From contig JBHLLP010000001.1 of NCBI GenBank assembly GCA_048885525.1, positions 97,227 through 161,226 on the forward strand: DNA of 64,000 nt, read 5' to 3'. Below the pieces are notes generated by a model. It saw only the letters and a program-made list of their open reading frames with translations, was not told the DNA's origin and did no database searches. Positions 1 to 9,771 of this stretch are shown in pieces (position 1 is the stretch's first letter; every line of letters begins with the position of its first letter). This DNA is from Candidatus Hermodarchaeota archaeon. Its GTDB lineage: Archaea > Asgardarchaeota > Lokiarchaeia > Sigyniarchaeales > SOKP01. Made by a program: the position numbers and the translations under genes.

Positions 1-89
1 GCTGAAATAGTTTTTGTTTTAGGAAAACTCAGACTTCTGAGTACTTGTTCTTTTAAAATATTTACTTCAAATTCTTTATTTGAATCCAT
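1..89 (-). CDS. 5' part of a gene running off the window edge (MDSNKEFEVNILKEQVLRSLSFPKTKTIS...), unknown product
   Basis: ATG at 89-87 on the minus strand; frame open to position 1; divergent from the 262 gene across an AT-rich spacer. Confidence 0.5.
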   Translation of the reverse strand, partial: MDSNKEFEVNILKEQVLRSLSFPKTKTIS

Positions 90-261
90 AATTAACACGC
101 AAATTTTTAAAATTTCTTAAGTTTAAAGCCCTAGGATAAACTCAATACATTTGTGTTCATTATATTTCATCAAATAAATGTTTGATTAAATTTATATAAT
201 AACATCTTCTATTCATCTTTAACATCCAATTTATCTTAAAAAATTAAAGGTTGAAATTAAG

Positions 262-684
262 ATGAGTGAGACTAAAAAGAAAGATTCAAACGAATTATTA
301 AATATTCTAATGATCATAATTGGACTTCTCTTTCTCTTTAAAGCTGTAATGGAATTTTTAGCTTGGGCGGATATTATTACACCATCATGGGCAGTTGATC
401 CCGCAGTACTGTCTGTTTTTGGCGGACAAGCAACAGTTTCAACATTATTAGGATTTTGGTGTTTAGTAGCAGGTGTTGGGTTGTTTAGAGAAGAAGAATA
501 TGCATTGGGAATGGGACTGGTCGTATTAAGCATAATGGCAGCCTCAGGTATTATGACTATGATTTCATGGGTGGGAGGATCTTTTGATGTAGCATATTGG
601 CCCAATTATTTAATAATAATTGCTACTATCGTCGGTGTCTTAGGATTTTTCTGGTTACTATTTACATATAAGAGATATGATTAA
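262..684 (+). CDS. Hypothetical membrane protein (~4 TM)
   Basis: Four hydrophobic segments; followed by a T-rich tract. Confidence 0.8.
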   Translation: MSETKKKDSNELLNILMIIIGLLFLFKAVMEFLAWADIITPSWAVDPAVLSVFGGQATVSTLLGFWCLVAGVGLFREEEYALGMGLVVLSIMAASGIMTMISWVGGSFDVAYWPNYLIIIATIVGVLGFFWLLFTYKRYD

Positions 685-820
685 ACTAACTATTTTTTGA
701 ATTTTAAATTCATAAATCTTTTTTTTTAAATATTTTATAACTTAATTTTTTTATAAATAAAATTGAAAAAAGAGGATTTTTTATATTAAACAAAGAAAAT
801 ATTGAAAATCTTCAATTTGT

Positions 821-1393
821 ATGTCAAAAATATCCAATAATCAAGTTTTAGGAATTGTTGGTAGTCCTCGTCGAGGGGGTAACACCGAAATTCTAGTAGA
901 TGAAGTATTATCAGGAGCAGAAAATGCTGGAGCTATAATCAAAAAAGTAATATTAAATGATTTAAATATTAATCCCTGTCAAGCGTGTAATAGTTGTTAT
1001 AAAACAGGTAAATGTGTGCATAAAGATGATATGATTGAATTACTGGAGAACATGGAGGAAAGTGATATTTGGGTGCTTGGTACTCCTATATATTGGTGGG
1101 GACCCACAGCACAATTTAAACTTTTCTTAGATAGATGGTATTGTCCAAAACATCAAGATTTTAAAGGAAAACAAGTTATTCTTGTAATTCCCTTTGAAGG
1201 AGGTCATCCGAAATATGCACGTCATACAATAGGAATCCTTACAGACGTTTTAGACTATTTAAGTATGGAACTATTAGATACTATATTAGCTCCTGGGGTA
1301 GGTGCTAGAGGTAAAGTTCGCGAAAAAAGCGATATAATGAAAAATGCATATAAAGCTGGTCAAAAAGCCCTTATAATGATAAAAACAACATAA
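821..1393 (+). CDS. Flavodoxin-fold NADPH-dependent FMN reductase / iron-sulfur flavoprotein family
   Basis: GSPRRGGNT FMN-binding loop, CxxCxxCx5C cluster motif, GTPIYWW, FLDRW. Confidence 0.9.
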   Translation: MSKISNNQVLGIVGSPRRGGNTEILVDEVLSGAENAGAIIKKVILNDLNINPCQACNSCYKTGKCVHKDDMIELLENMEESDIWVLGTPIYWWGPTAQFKLFLDRWYCPKHQDFKGKQVILVIPFEGGHPKYARHTIGILTDVLDYLSMELLDTILAPGVGARGKVREKSDIMKNAYKAGQKALIMIKTT

Positions 1394-1416
1394 TGATAAT
1401 ATTAGGTTTTAATTAA

Positions 1417-2079
1417 ATGCAATTAATTGAATTTCTTGAAAAAATTGAATGGTTAGAAAGTATACACCCTTATGGAAGTGCGTGTATTAGAATTAATAAT
1501 GAAAAAACTATTTACGTGGATCCAGCTAATTTATCTCAAGCTAATATGAAAAAAAAAGCCGACTTGATCCTTTTAAGTCATTCTCACGACGATCATTTCT
1601 CAATAGATACAATTAAAAATTTGAGGAAACCTTCAACTATTATAGTCTGTCCAAGTGATTGTGAAGAAGTATTGATGCAAGAACATATTGAATTCAACAT
1701 TTATACTGTAAAATCTAGTGAAACTTTAAAATTAAACAAAGTTAAAATTATAACAATTCCTGCCTACTCTACATCCGCACACCCAAAATCTGCTGGATGG
1801 ATTGGTTATATTATAGAAACTAACGGTTTTCGTATTTATCATTCAGGAGATTCAGGTCTCATTCCAGAAATGAATAATTTAGAAAATATTGATATTGCAT
1901 TTCTAACCGTAAGAGAACCTTATATGATGAGTCCAAAGGAAGTGATTCAAGCTATCGACGCTTTTAATCCAAAAATTTTAATTCCAATTCATTGGATTAT
2001 GGAGGAAAAAGCAGATATAGATTATATTGTAGAAAATTCACCAAAGACTACAAAAGTAATAACTCTTAAGATGAAGTAG
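1417..2079 (+). CDS. Metallo-beta-lactamase-fold hydrolase
   Basis: SHSHDDH motif, YHSGDS, IPIHW. Confidence 0.9.
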   Translation: MQLIEFLEKIEWLESIHPYGSACIRINNEKTIYVDPANLSQANMKKKADLILLSHSHDDHFSIDTIKNLRKPSTIIVCPSDCEEVLMQEHIEFNIYTVKSSETLKLNKVKIITIPAYSTSAHPKSAGWIGYIIETNGFRIYHSGDSGLIPEMNNLENIDIAFLTVREPYMMSPKEVIQAIDAFNPKILIPIHWIMEEKADIDYIVENSPKTTKVITLKMK

Positions 2080-2216
2080 AATATTCTTAATATTAAAATT
2101 TACTCATTTTATAAAAACCAAGCGTTATGTAAAATAAAATTATTTAAATTATAATCGATGTAATAATAAATCCTCTTTCACTACTCTAATAATACATTAA
2201 ATAATTGAGAAAAACT

Positions 2217-2711
2217 ATGGCAATCAAAGAAGGAGATATAATAAAAGTAGAATATATAGGCACTTTTGATGATGGAAAAATATTTGACAGTACAGAATTA
2301 AACGGAGGTATCCCTTTAAAGTTTGAAGTAGGAGCTGGACAAATAATTCCTGGTTTTGATACCTCTGTAATAGGTAAAACAGTTGGAGATGAGTTTGATA
2401 TTAGACTGGACCCTTCTGAGGCGTATGGTGAATATAGGGAAGGGATGATCCAATCTATCCCAAAGGATCAATTTCCACAAGAACAAGAGCCAAAACCAGG
2501 GTTGATGATTTTATTATTAGGTCCACAAGGGCAATCGGTTCCTGCAACTATTAAAGAAGTTGTAGATGATACTGTTACAATTGATTTAAATCATCCTATG
2601 GCAGGTAAAGTGCTAAACTTTAAAATTAAAATAATTGAAACTGGTTGTGAACCCGATCCTCCTCATGCTTGTGGTTGTGGGCATGATCATAACCATAGTC
2701 ATAACCATTAA
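2217..2711 (+). CDS. slyD: FKBP-type peptidyl-prolyl isomerase, SlyD-like, with Cys/His-rich tail
   Basis: VEYIGTFDDGKIFDST, GQIIPGFD, DLNHPMAGKVLNF; tail HACGCGHDHNHSHNH; ATG at 2217 preferred over TTG 2205. Confidence 0.9.
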   Translation: MAIKEGDIIKVEYIGTFDDGKIFDSTELNGGIPLKFEVGAGQIIPGFDTSVIGKTVGDEFDIRLDPSEAYGEYREGMIQSIPKDQFPQEQEPKPGLMILLLGPQGQSVPATIKEVVDDTVTIDLNHPMAGKVLNFKIKIIETGCEPDPPHACGCGHDHNHSHNH

Positions 2712-2868
2712 TTAATTAGTCTAATAACAAAAATTTATGTAAAATTCTTTTTTTACCTTATTTTTAATATATGGCAAAACAAAAGAATTAACAGAAACTC
2801 ATTAAATTAAAATTTTTAATCTCATTTTGTAAACCATCATTGGAGTTTAAAATTATATTATTAGGAAA

Positions 2869-4287
2869 ATGACCAAGGGGATAAGGACAAATTCAGAGAA
2901 ATCATTCAATAGGATATTTTGGGATCTCTATTTGTTAAATGGATTTCAAAGCGTAGCATATGGAGCTATGATTGTACTTGTAGTACCTCTTGCTTTAATC
3001 ATTTGGCCAAATGATCCAGCTGATATTCATGCATTGGAAATGGGGCTTTTATATACGACTTTATCATGGAGTGGTTCTTTTGCCGGACTATTTTTTGGTA
3101 GATTGATTGATAAATACTCTCGAAAAAAAATCATCATATTTATTTCTTTATTCAGAGGATTTTCAATGCTAATTTTAGGTTTTGCTCTTGAAGGCGGTGG
3201 ATTTGAAACATGGCTTTATTTTTTTATATTAATATTTATTTTTGGCTTTTTTGCGGGAGGTTCATGGCCAGCTATAACCTCATTATCTAATGATGTAGTT
3301 CCACGAAATAATCGTTCTAGATTTTTTGGGGTTTATCAAATTGTACTTAATACTACAAATATAATAGGGTGGTTGATAGCAACGTTTTTAGTCCAAATTG
3401 GTCTTTGGAGGATCTTTTTTTGGGGTATTGGGTTACTCATTCTTCTTGGAGGTTTAATTTTTGCTCTTCATAATGAAGAACCAAGAAGAGGTGCTCAACA
3501 AGAAGAACTATATGAAGTTCTTCAAGATGATTCCATAGAATATGATTTTCAAATAGATTTGAAAATGATGCGAAAGACAATGCTTAGTAAGACAAATGTT
3601 GTAGCTCTTATTGAAGGAATTTTTACTTGTATTCTTATGAGTAGTCTTAATTTTTTGATTTTAAATTATGTCCAGAATCCACCTTATAATTTAGCTCCAT
3701 TTTCAATAGGCGTTTTTATGGTGTTATTTGGATTGACTGGGGGATTAGTAGGACAAATATTTTTAGCCAGAGTTAGTGACAAAATAGCCATTAAAAACCC
3801 GATAAGAAGATTGCCAATAATAGTTTTTGCTATAATAGGGGGGCTAATTACTTTTGCTCTTTTCTTTTTCTTTCCCTGGGTTCCGTTAAGCCCAGAACAA
3901 GGTAAGAACATTTTATATATCATGACTATACCCACAATGTGGTTGATGGGGGCATTATTTTTCACATCGAGAAGTATTTTTTCTCTTTATATTGTAAATC
4001 AAAGTCCAGTAATACAACAGATCAATTTACCCGAAGCACAGGGCCAAATAGTTTCTTGGAACCAATTTCTAGAACAGTTTGGAAGAGGAATCGGACCATT
4101 ATTATGTGGTATTTTGTTAGCTTTTACAAGTACAAATTATCAAATAACGGTTTTGATTGTTTGTTTATGTATACTTCCTGGAGTAATTTTATGGATTTTA
4201 GCAATGAAATGGTTCCCAAGTGATAAGGAAAACATAAGAACTATTTTAGCTAATCGTGCTGAGATTTTAAACTCTCAGAAGAAATAA
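2869..4287 (+). CDS. MFS transporter
   Basis: Motif A GRLIDKYSRKK, ~12 TM segments. Confidence 0.9.
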   Translation: MTKGIRTNSEKSFNRIFWDLYLLNGFQSVAYGAMIVLVVPLALIIWPNDPADIHALEMGLLYTTLSWSGSFAGLFFGRLIDKYSRKKIIIFISLFRGFSMLILGFALEGGGFETWLYFFILIFIFGFFAGGSWPAITSLSNDVVPRNNRSRFFGVYQIVLNTTNIIGWLIATFLVQIGLWRIFFWGIGLLILLGGLIFALHNEEPRRGAQQEELYEVLQDDSIEYDFQIDLKMMRKTMLSKTNVVALIEGIFTCILMSSLNFLILNYVQNPPYNLAPFSIGVFMVLFGLTGGLVGQIFLARVSDKIAIKNPIRRLPIIVFAIIGGLITFALFFFFPWVPLSPEQGKNILYIMTIPTMWLMGALFFTSRSIFSLYIVNQSPVIQQINLPEAQGQIVSWNQFLEQFGRGIGPLLCGILLAFTSTNYQITVLIVCLCILPGVILWILAMKWFPSDKENIRTILANRAEILNSQKK

Positions 4288-4489
4288 TATCCTAATTTGA
4301 GATATAAGAAGATATTTTTATCGCTAAATGATTATTCAAATTAAAAAATGTTAGGATCTATATATTTCTATAGAGATTTAATTCAATACTTACCAAAGGC
4401 TTAAAAATATTAAAATCAAATAAATTATAAAGTCATATTAAATCTATTCAAAATCTATTTGAATTGGAAAATAAGGTGCGAAAAAATTT

Positions 4490-5272
4490 ATGATTTCTTT
4501 TATTTTACTTGGAATTTTTGGAACTTGGGTCTTAATTAACCGACTTAGTGAAGGAGGTAAAGTTGAAGGACACCCACTTGGTATGCCACGAGGGACTATT
4601 AGAGGTCTTAGCACCATATTACTGGTAGCGTTTCCTTTTGGGTACATATTAAGTGGTAAAGATATCCCTAGTTTGATAGTAAATGTGATTTTTGTAGTAG
4701 TGGCTTTCTACTTTGAAGCAAGAAGAAGTGAGCATGAAAAAATAAAAAATATTGTTGATGAAATGAAAAGACCCGATTATTATATCCAAGAGTCGACTAA
4801 GCAAAAAATGCCTTTATACTTACCTAAATATTCTGTTAGATTTCTTATAGTCTTGATGTTAATCATAACTTTAATTGCTAATTATCTTGGACCACGTGTT
4901 AATTTTGAAGTGACCAACACTATTTTTGACCTCTTAATAATAATAATATTATTTATCATTGGTGCTTCTTTTAGATCTATTTTAAATTCTCGAGAAAAGA
5001 AAAAAATGAAAAATCGAATTGCTAATATGGATGCTTCTCTTTCAGATGTCGAAATCATTGAAAAACTTATGGTAGAAGAAATTAGTTGGTGGAAACGAAA
5101 AGGAAGAAATATCCTCTCGGTTGTAATGTTTATAATAGTAGTAATTTCATTAATTTGTTTTTCTTTTGAATGGGATCTAACAATATTTAATATAACTGAT
5201 CCTGATTATTCATTGACTCTCATAGGATTTTTATTATTGTTTATTAACGCATATTATGGTTTCAGAGATTAA
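4490..5272 (+). CDS. Hypothetical multi-pass membrane protein with internal duplication
   Basis: Hydrophobic segments; repeated motif PLGMPRGTIRG / PLYLPKYSVRF. Confidence 0.75.
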   Translation: MISFILLGIFGTWVLINRLSEGGKVEGHPLGMPRGTIRGLSTILLVAFPFGYILSGKDIPSLIVNVIFVVVAFYFEARRSEHEKIKNIVDEMKRPDYYIQESTKQKMPLYLPKYSVRFLIVLMLIITLIANYLGPRVNFEVTNTIFDLLIIIILFIIGASFRSILNSREKKKMKNRIANMDASLSDVEIIEKLMVEEISWWKRKGRNILSVVMFIIVVISLICFSFEWDLTIFNITDPDYSLTLIGFLLLFINAYYGFRD

Positions 5273-5392
5273 AAATTATTCAAAAAATAATATGTAATTC
5301 TTTTTTATTTTTTTAATTCGTTATTCTACTAACTTAAAATTTAAGTAGAAAAGATATAATTTTTATTAATATCAAGAACTTAAATAATTCAA

Positions 5393-5860
5393 ATGATAAC
5401 GTTTGAAAAAGATGACAAAATTTTTAGTTATAGGGTAGTTGGAGTAGTTATTCATAATAATAAAGTACTTGTGCATAGAAATATTGTTGATGATTTCTGG
5501 TCCTTACCCGGAGGACGGTGTGAATTTTTAGAAGTTTCTATAGATACTCTGATAAGAGAGATGAAAGAAGAAATCGGTGTTGAGATAAATATTATTAGAC
5601 CTCTATATTTTGTAGAAAACTTCTTTAATTTTGAAGCAAAAGAATATCATGAAATATCTATTTTCTATCTTATAGATTTTCTTCCAAATTCACGATTAGT
5701 TTTTGAGAATGATACATTTTATGGAAAAGAACTTAGATTAATTTTTAAATGGGTTAATATAAATCAATTAGAGGAATTGAGGTTATATCCTTTATTTCTA
5801 CGTAAATCTCTAAAATCTATAAAAGAATATCCAGAACATATAATTAATCGAGATGATTAA
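5393..5860 (+). CDS. NUDIX hydrolase
   Basis: Nudix box LPGGRCEFLEVSIDTLIREMKEEIG. Confidence 0.9.
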   Translation: MITFEKDDKIFSYRVVGVVIHNNKVLVHRNIVDDFWSLPGGRCEFLEVSIDTLIREMKEEIGVEINIIRPLYFVENFFNFEAKEYHEISIFYLIDFLPNSRLVFENDTFYGKELRLIFKWVNINQLEELRLYPLFLRKSLKSIKEYPEHIINRDD

Positions 5861-5933
5861 AAAAGATATAATTAAAAGCAAATATATATGTAATAAGCTA
5901 ATATCAAATTATTTTATAATTAGGAAATTAAAA

Positions 5934-7064
5934 ATGACTGATGTAAGTATAATAGAAGAATCTGACATATATAGAAAATTACAACAACATTTAGATAAAA
6001 TGCCTGTAGGATTCCCCTCTGTGAAATCAGGCGCAGATATACGTGTGTTAAAACATCTTTTTACTCCTGAAGAGGTAAAAGTTGCTATGTTTTTAAAATT
6101 TGGCTGGGATAGGGATTTAGAACCATTAGAAATTATTTACGAACGAGCAAAAGGCACGGGAATTTCCCTTGACGAGTTTGAAAAGATTTTAGATAGAATG
6201 GCATCAAAAGGTTCAATTATGATCAAAAAAGAGGGAGGAAAAAAATATTATGGAAATGCTCTATTAGTAATAGGTATGTATGAGTTTCAAGTAAACAGGC
6301 TAACAAAAGAATTTATTAAAGATTTTGAAGATTACTACGTTCAGGGATGGTTACCAGAAGCATTTCGGGTAAAAGCTGCTCAAGTACGTACAATTCCCGT
6401 CGAAAAAAGTATAGAACTCGAACATAATGTAAGTAATTATGATAATATTACCAAGGTTCTTAATTCTTCAGAAGGACCATTCGCAATAATGAATTGTGTA
6501 TGTAGGCAAGTAAAAGATATTTTAGAAGAACCATGTAAAGTTACTGATAGAAGAGAAGTTTGTATGGCATCGGGTATGATGGCTCAAGCAACTATTGATC
6601 TAGGGCGGGGACGGGAGATCACTAAGCAAGAAGCTTTCGAAATTTTGCAAAAGAACCAAGAGGAGGGACTTGTACTGCAACCAGATAATTCACAAATTTT
6701 CTCGTTCGTTTGTAGTTGTTGTAGTTGTTGTTGTGAAAACTTATCTAAATATGTCTTATTACCTAATCCCGCTGATGTGGTAATAGCAAATTATTATGCT
6801 GAAGCAGATCCAGATTTATGTACTGGCTGCGGTACATGTATAGAAATATGTCCAATGAAAGCGATAAAACTAAAAGATGAGATTTCCTCAATAAAGAGAA
6901 AAAGGTGTATAGGATGTGGTAATTGTGTAGCAAAATGTCCATCAGAAGCTATTCAAATGAAAAAAAGAGAGAGACAATTCACACCGTTTCCATCAATGGA
7001 TGAACTATTTGATAAAATTATGCAAAGAAAAATCAGATTAAAAGAACAGAGTATTAAAAAGTGA
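5934..7064 (+). CDS. 4Fe-4S dicluster-domain protein
   Basis: CVCR, CSCCSCCC motif, two C-terminal CxxCxxCxxxCP ferredoxin motifs; ATG 5934 more plausible than 5853. Confidence 0.85.
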   Translation: MTDVSIIEESDIYRKLQQHLDKMPVGFPSVKSGADIRVLKHLFTPEEVKVAMFLKFGWDRDLEPLEIIYERAKGTGISLDEFEKILDRMASKGSIMIKKEGGKKYYGNALLVIGMYEFQVNRLTKEFIKDFEDYYVQGWLPEAFRVKAAQVRTIPVEKSIELEHNVSNYDNITKVLNSSEGPFAIMNCVCRQVKDILEEPCKVTDRREVCMASGMMAQATIDLGRGREITKQEAFEILQKNQEEGLVLQPDNSQIFSFVCSCCSCCCENLSKYVLLPNPADVVIANYYAEADPDLCTGCGTCIEICPMKAIKLKDEISSIKRKRCIGCGNCVAKCPSEAIQMKKRERQFTPFPSMDELFDKIMQRKIRLKEQSIKK

Positions 7065-7111
7065 ATTATAAAAATTGGCTTAAGAGGATATATAAATAAT
7101 TATAAATTTAA

Positions 7112-7918
7112 TTATTGATTTCCTCGCATTTCTTTTCTAATAAATGGTTTTAAATTTTTACCCCTTATCCAGTACCATTCAAATAACTCTTTGATCCAAT
7201 TTATAAAATCTTCATGATTATCTATTAAACATTGATTATAATCTATTTCACCATCTTTACTTAAGAAGAGTATCGCACCTTTATCAGAAACTATCATTGA
7301 GATCTTGATTTCATCCAGAATTCTAATATTTTCCAACATTTCTCTAAAAAATATTTTTGGGTCTTCAAATAATTTTGACCATCCATCAGGAATGTTATAG
7401 GATTTTAAAAGGTTTCTATTCACTATTGCTCTAATATTAAGTGATTGCTTTCTCATTTTATTCTCAGCTTCCTTTAATAATGATTTTTGATATTGATCTG
7501 TTATTGCGAAAAGAAACTCTTCAGAATCTTTCACTAGGTTTTCAAAAATTTCCATATTTTCCATAGTTTTATTTCCAAATTCAACGGTTTTCAATTTTCC
7601 TAATTGAAATATAAGATGTACAGGAATGGAAGTTATATCGTGGCTATTTAGGAAATCTCTATGGTTTAAAGATACTTCAAAAATATCCATCATTCGGAGA
7701 AAAATTTTTCCTATATTAGTTATCCTATATTCATTATTTATATCCTTAAGAATGAGATTTTTTTCTTCTAATCTTTTTATATGACGAGAAACTTCAGATC
7801 CAGGAATATTTAAATCTTGTTGGAGCTGAAAGTGTCTTTTGCTATCAATATATAGACTTTTAAGCACATTATATCTATGCTTATTAGAAAATTCAAACAA
7901 TAATTTGTTTACGTCCAA
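7112..7918 (-). CDS. Archaeal winged-helix (ArsR-like N-terminus) transcriptional regulator with C-terminal effector-type domain
   Basis: N-terminal FSNKHRYNVL...SEVSRHIKRLEEKNLI...YRITNIG; C-terminal WIKELFEWYW; divergent from the acyl-CoA operon. Confidence 0.8.
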   Translation of the reverse strand: MDVNKLLFEFSNKHRYNVLKSLYIDSKRHFQLQQDLNIPGSEVSRHIKRLEEKNLILKDINNEYRITNIGKIFLRMMDIFEVSLNHRDFLNSHDITSIPVHLIFQLGKLKTVEFGNKTMENMEIFENLVKDSEEFLFAITDQYQKSLLKEAENKMRKQSLNIRAIVNRNLLKSYNIPDGWSKLFEDPKIFFREMLENIRILDEIKISMIVSDKGAILFLSKDGEIDYNQCLIDNHEDFINWIKELFEWYWIRGKNLKPFIRKEMRGNQ

Positions 7919-8200
7919 ATATAATCAACTTACAATCTTATTAATTATCCTTATAATAAAATCGCCTTGAGCTAAGATAATTTCAAATAATTTAAAATTA
8001 TTCGTATCAATTTAATTAATTCATAAAAAATTAAATTAACTTTAATGTAGTTCTAATTTGTTATAAGGTTTATTTTTAACTATTTTATGATAATTGTGCA
8101 AATTAATATTTCATAAAAATATAAAAAAGTAATTTTTTAATTGCAATCTAATTTAAATGAAAAATTGAGATTTAAAAATAAATAAAATTGGCGAACAAAT

Positions 8201-8500
8201 ATGTATGAAGAATTAGAATTACGAGCTTTAAAATTATTGGCGAAAAATTTTGAATATAATCAAGCTCTCCATATGGAAGCCCCTTTAATGGCTAAATTAC
8301 TTGGAGTGAAAAATAAAGATATTCAACCAGTGTTAAGAGCTTTGGGAGATGCGAAACTAGCAAACCTTTATGAAGAAGGTGATAACATTAAATTAGCTAA
8401 AATTTCGTGGCAAGGATTAAATGAAATTGGTGAAGTTAAATTGAAATATGGAATGGGTAAGGATGCATATAAAAATTACAATGTGGAGGGGTATCGATAA
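8201..8500 (+). CDS. Small winged-helix-like protein heading the acyl-CoA operon
   Basis: 99-aa ORF with helix-turn-helix/wing pattern (LRALGDAKLANLY...AKISWQGL). Confidence 0.7.
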   Translation: MYEELELRALKLLAKNFEYNQALHMEAPLMAKLLGVKNKDIQPVLRALGDAKLANLYEEGDNIKLAKISWQGLNEIGEVKLKYGMGKDAYKNYNVEGYR

Positions 8501-9748
8501 TTGCCTTTTGATTACATGCCTTGGTGGGATAAAGAAACTAAAGAATTTGCTGACGAGGTCGAGAACTTCTGTGATACAGAATTGGTTCCTCGAACAACAA
8601 AGTTGTTAGAGCAAAATAAAGATCCTATGGATATACAATGGACTGCTTCAAAACTCTGTGTAGAAAAGGGTTTTCATCCTTTAATGGTTTTAGCAGAGGA
8701 AGAATATGGAGGACGCGATAAAGGATATTCTGGATATACAATCTTGAATGAAGAAATTGGGCGTTCAAATCTAAATGTTAATCCTTTATTAACTAGTGTT
8801 TTTGGAGCAGGTCCAGTGCATCTATTTGGAACTAACGCTCAAAAAAAGAAATTTTTAGAACCTATTGTAAAAGGAGAGAAATGGGCCTCCATCACAGTGA
8901 CAGAACCCGATGTTGGTAATGATGCTGCTGGAATTCAACTTCATGCTGAAGAAGATAGTGATGAATGGGTTCTAAATGGCTGGAAGCGTTTTATAACTTT
9001 AGGTGCTCTTTCAGATTACCATATGCTTTATGCGAATACCGATCCTGAATTAAAACGTATTCACAGGCATCTTACAGCATTTCTTGTACCAACTAATACT
9101 CAAGGGATCACTATAGAAAAAATAAATCAACTTATTGGAGACGTTGAAATGGCAAATTCTGTGATAAGATATCATGATGTGAGAGTACCAAAAGAAAACA
9201 TGATATTAGATCCTGGAGATGGATGGACAGTCATGACAAGCGCATTAAATATTGAAAGATTAGGGATTGCAAGTGTAGTGGGTTCATCAAAAAATCTAAT
9301 AGAAACAGCACGGGCTTATGGTCGTAGGAGAGTACAATTTGGATTACCTATTTCTCGTTATAACGGAGTTCAATTAAGAATGGCAAACATCTCAATGAAA
9401 ATGCATCTTATTAGAGTGTATATATATTATTTAGCGCATTTACTTGATACAGGGGAAGCGGATATGTTTACTTTTGCTCTTAAATCTTCAACAGCAAAGA
9501 TATTTGGGACTCAATCCTTAACAGAAATGGCTTTAGATGCTCTTTTTATAGTCGGTGGAGATGGTTATCTTCAAGAAACTGGGATTGGGGGTATATTAAA
9601 AAATGGAGCATTAATGCAAATTGCAGGAGGATCAAATGATATATTGAAATTATTTATCGGTAGACAAGAATTCAAGCAAGATGTTGACGAACGTATGTTA
9701 ACTCCATCTGTTAGAGGTCCAACAAAAGAGGAAGCAGACAAATTATAA
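8501..9748 (+). CDS. Acyl-CoA dehydrogenase
   Basis: TVTEPDVGNDA, LNGWKRFIT, RRVQFGLPI, GGDGY; TTG start preceded by GGAGGG. Confidence 0.95.
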   Translation: MPFDYMPWWDKETKEFADEVENFCDTELVPRTTKLLEQNKDPMDIQWTASKLCVEKGFHPLMVLAEEEYGGRDKGYSGYTILNEEIGRSNLNVNPLLTSVFGAGPVHLFGTNAQKKKFLEPIVKGEKWASITVTEPDVGNDAAGIQLHAEEDSDEWVLNGWKRFITLGALSDYHMLYANTDPELKRIHRHLTAFLVPTNTQGITIEKINQLIGDVEMANSVIRYHDVRVPKENMILDPGDGWTVMTSALNIERLGIASVVGSSKNLIETARAYGRRRVQFGLPISRYNGVQLRMANISMKMHLIRVYIYYLAHLLDTGEADMFTFALKSSTAKIFGTQSLTEMALDALFIVGGDGYLQETGIGGILKNGALMQIAGGSNDILKLFIGRQEFKQDVDERMLTPSVRGPTKEEADKL

Positions 9749-9771
9749 ATAATCATTGGAGGTAAATTTTA

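Noticed and set aside
6711-6734. TGTAGTTGT microsatellite-like run
   Set aside because: Simply encodes the CSCCSCCC Fe-S motif
7960-8170. AT-only palindromes in the regulator/operon spacer
   Set aside because: Expected by chance at this AT content; no specific operator can be supported
8498-8503. Stop-codon readthrough fusions at abutting in-frame genes (8500/8501, 12274/12275, 37703/37704)
   Set aside because: Stops are TAA, and the downstream genes have their own SD (8501, 37704) or a nearby ATG (12290); translational coupling is simpler
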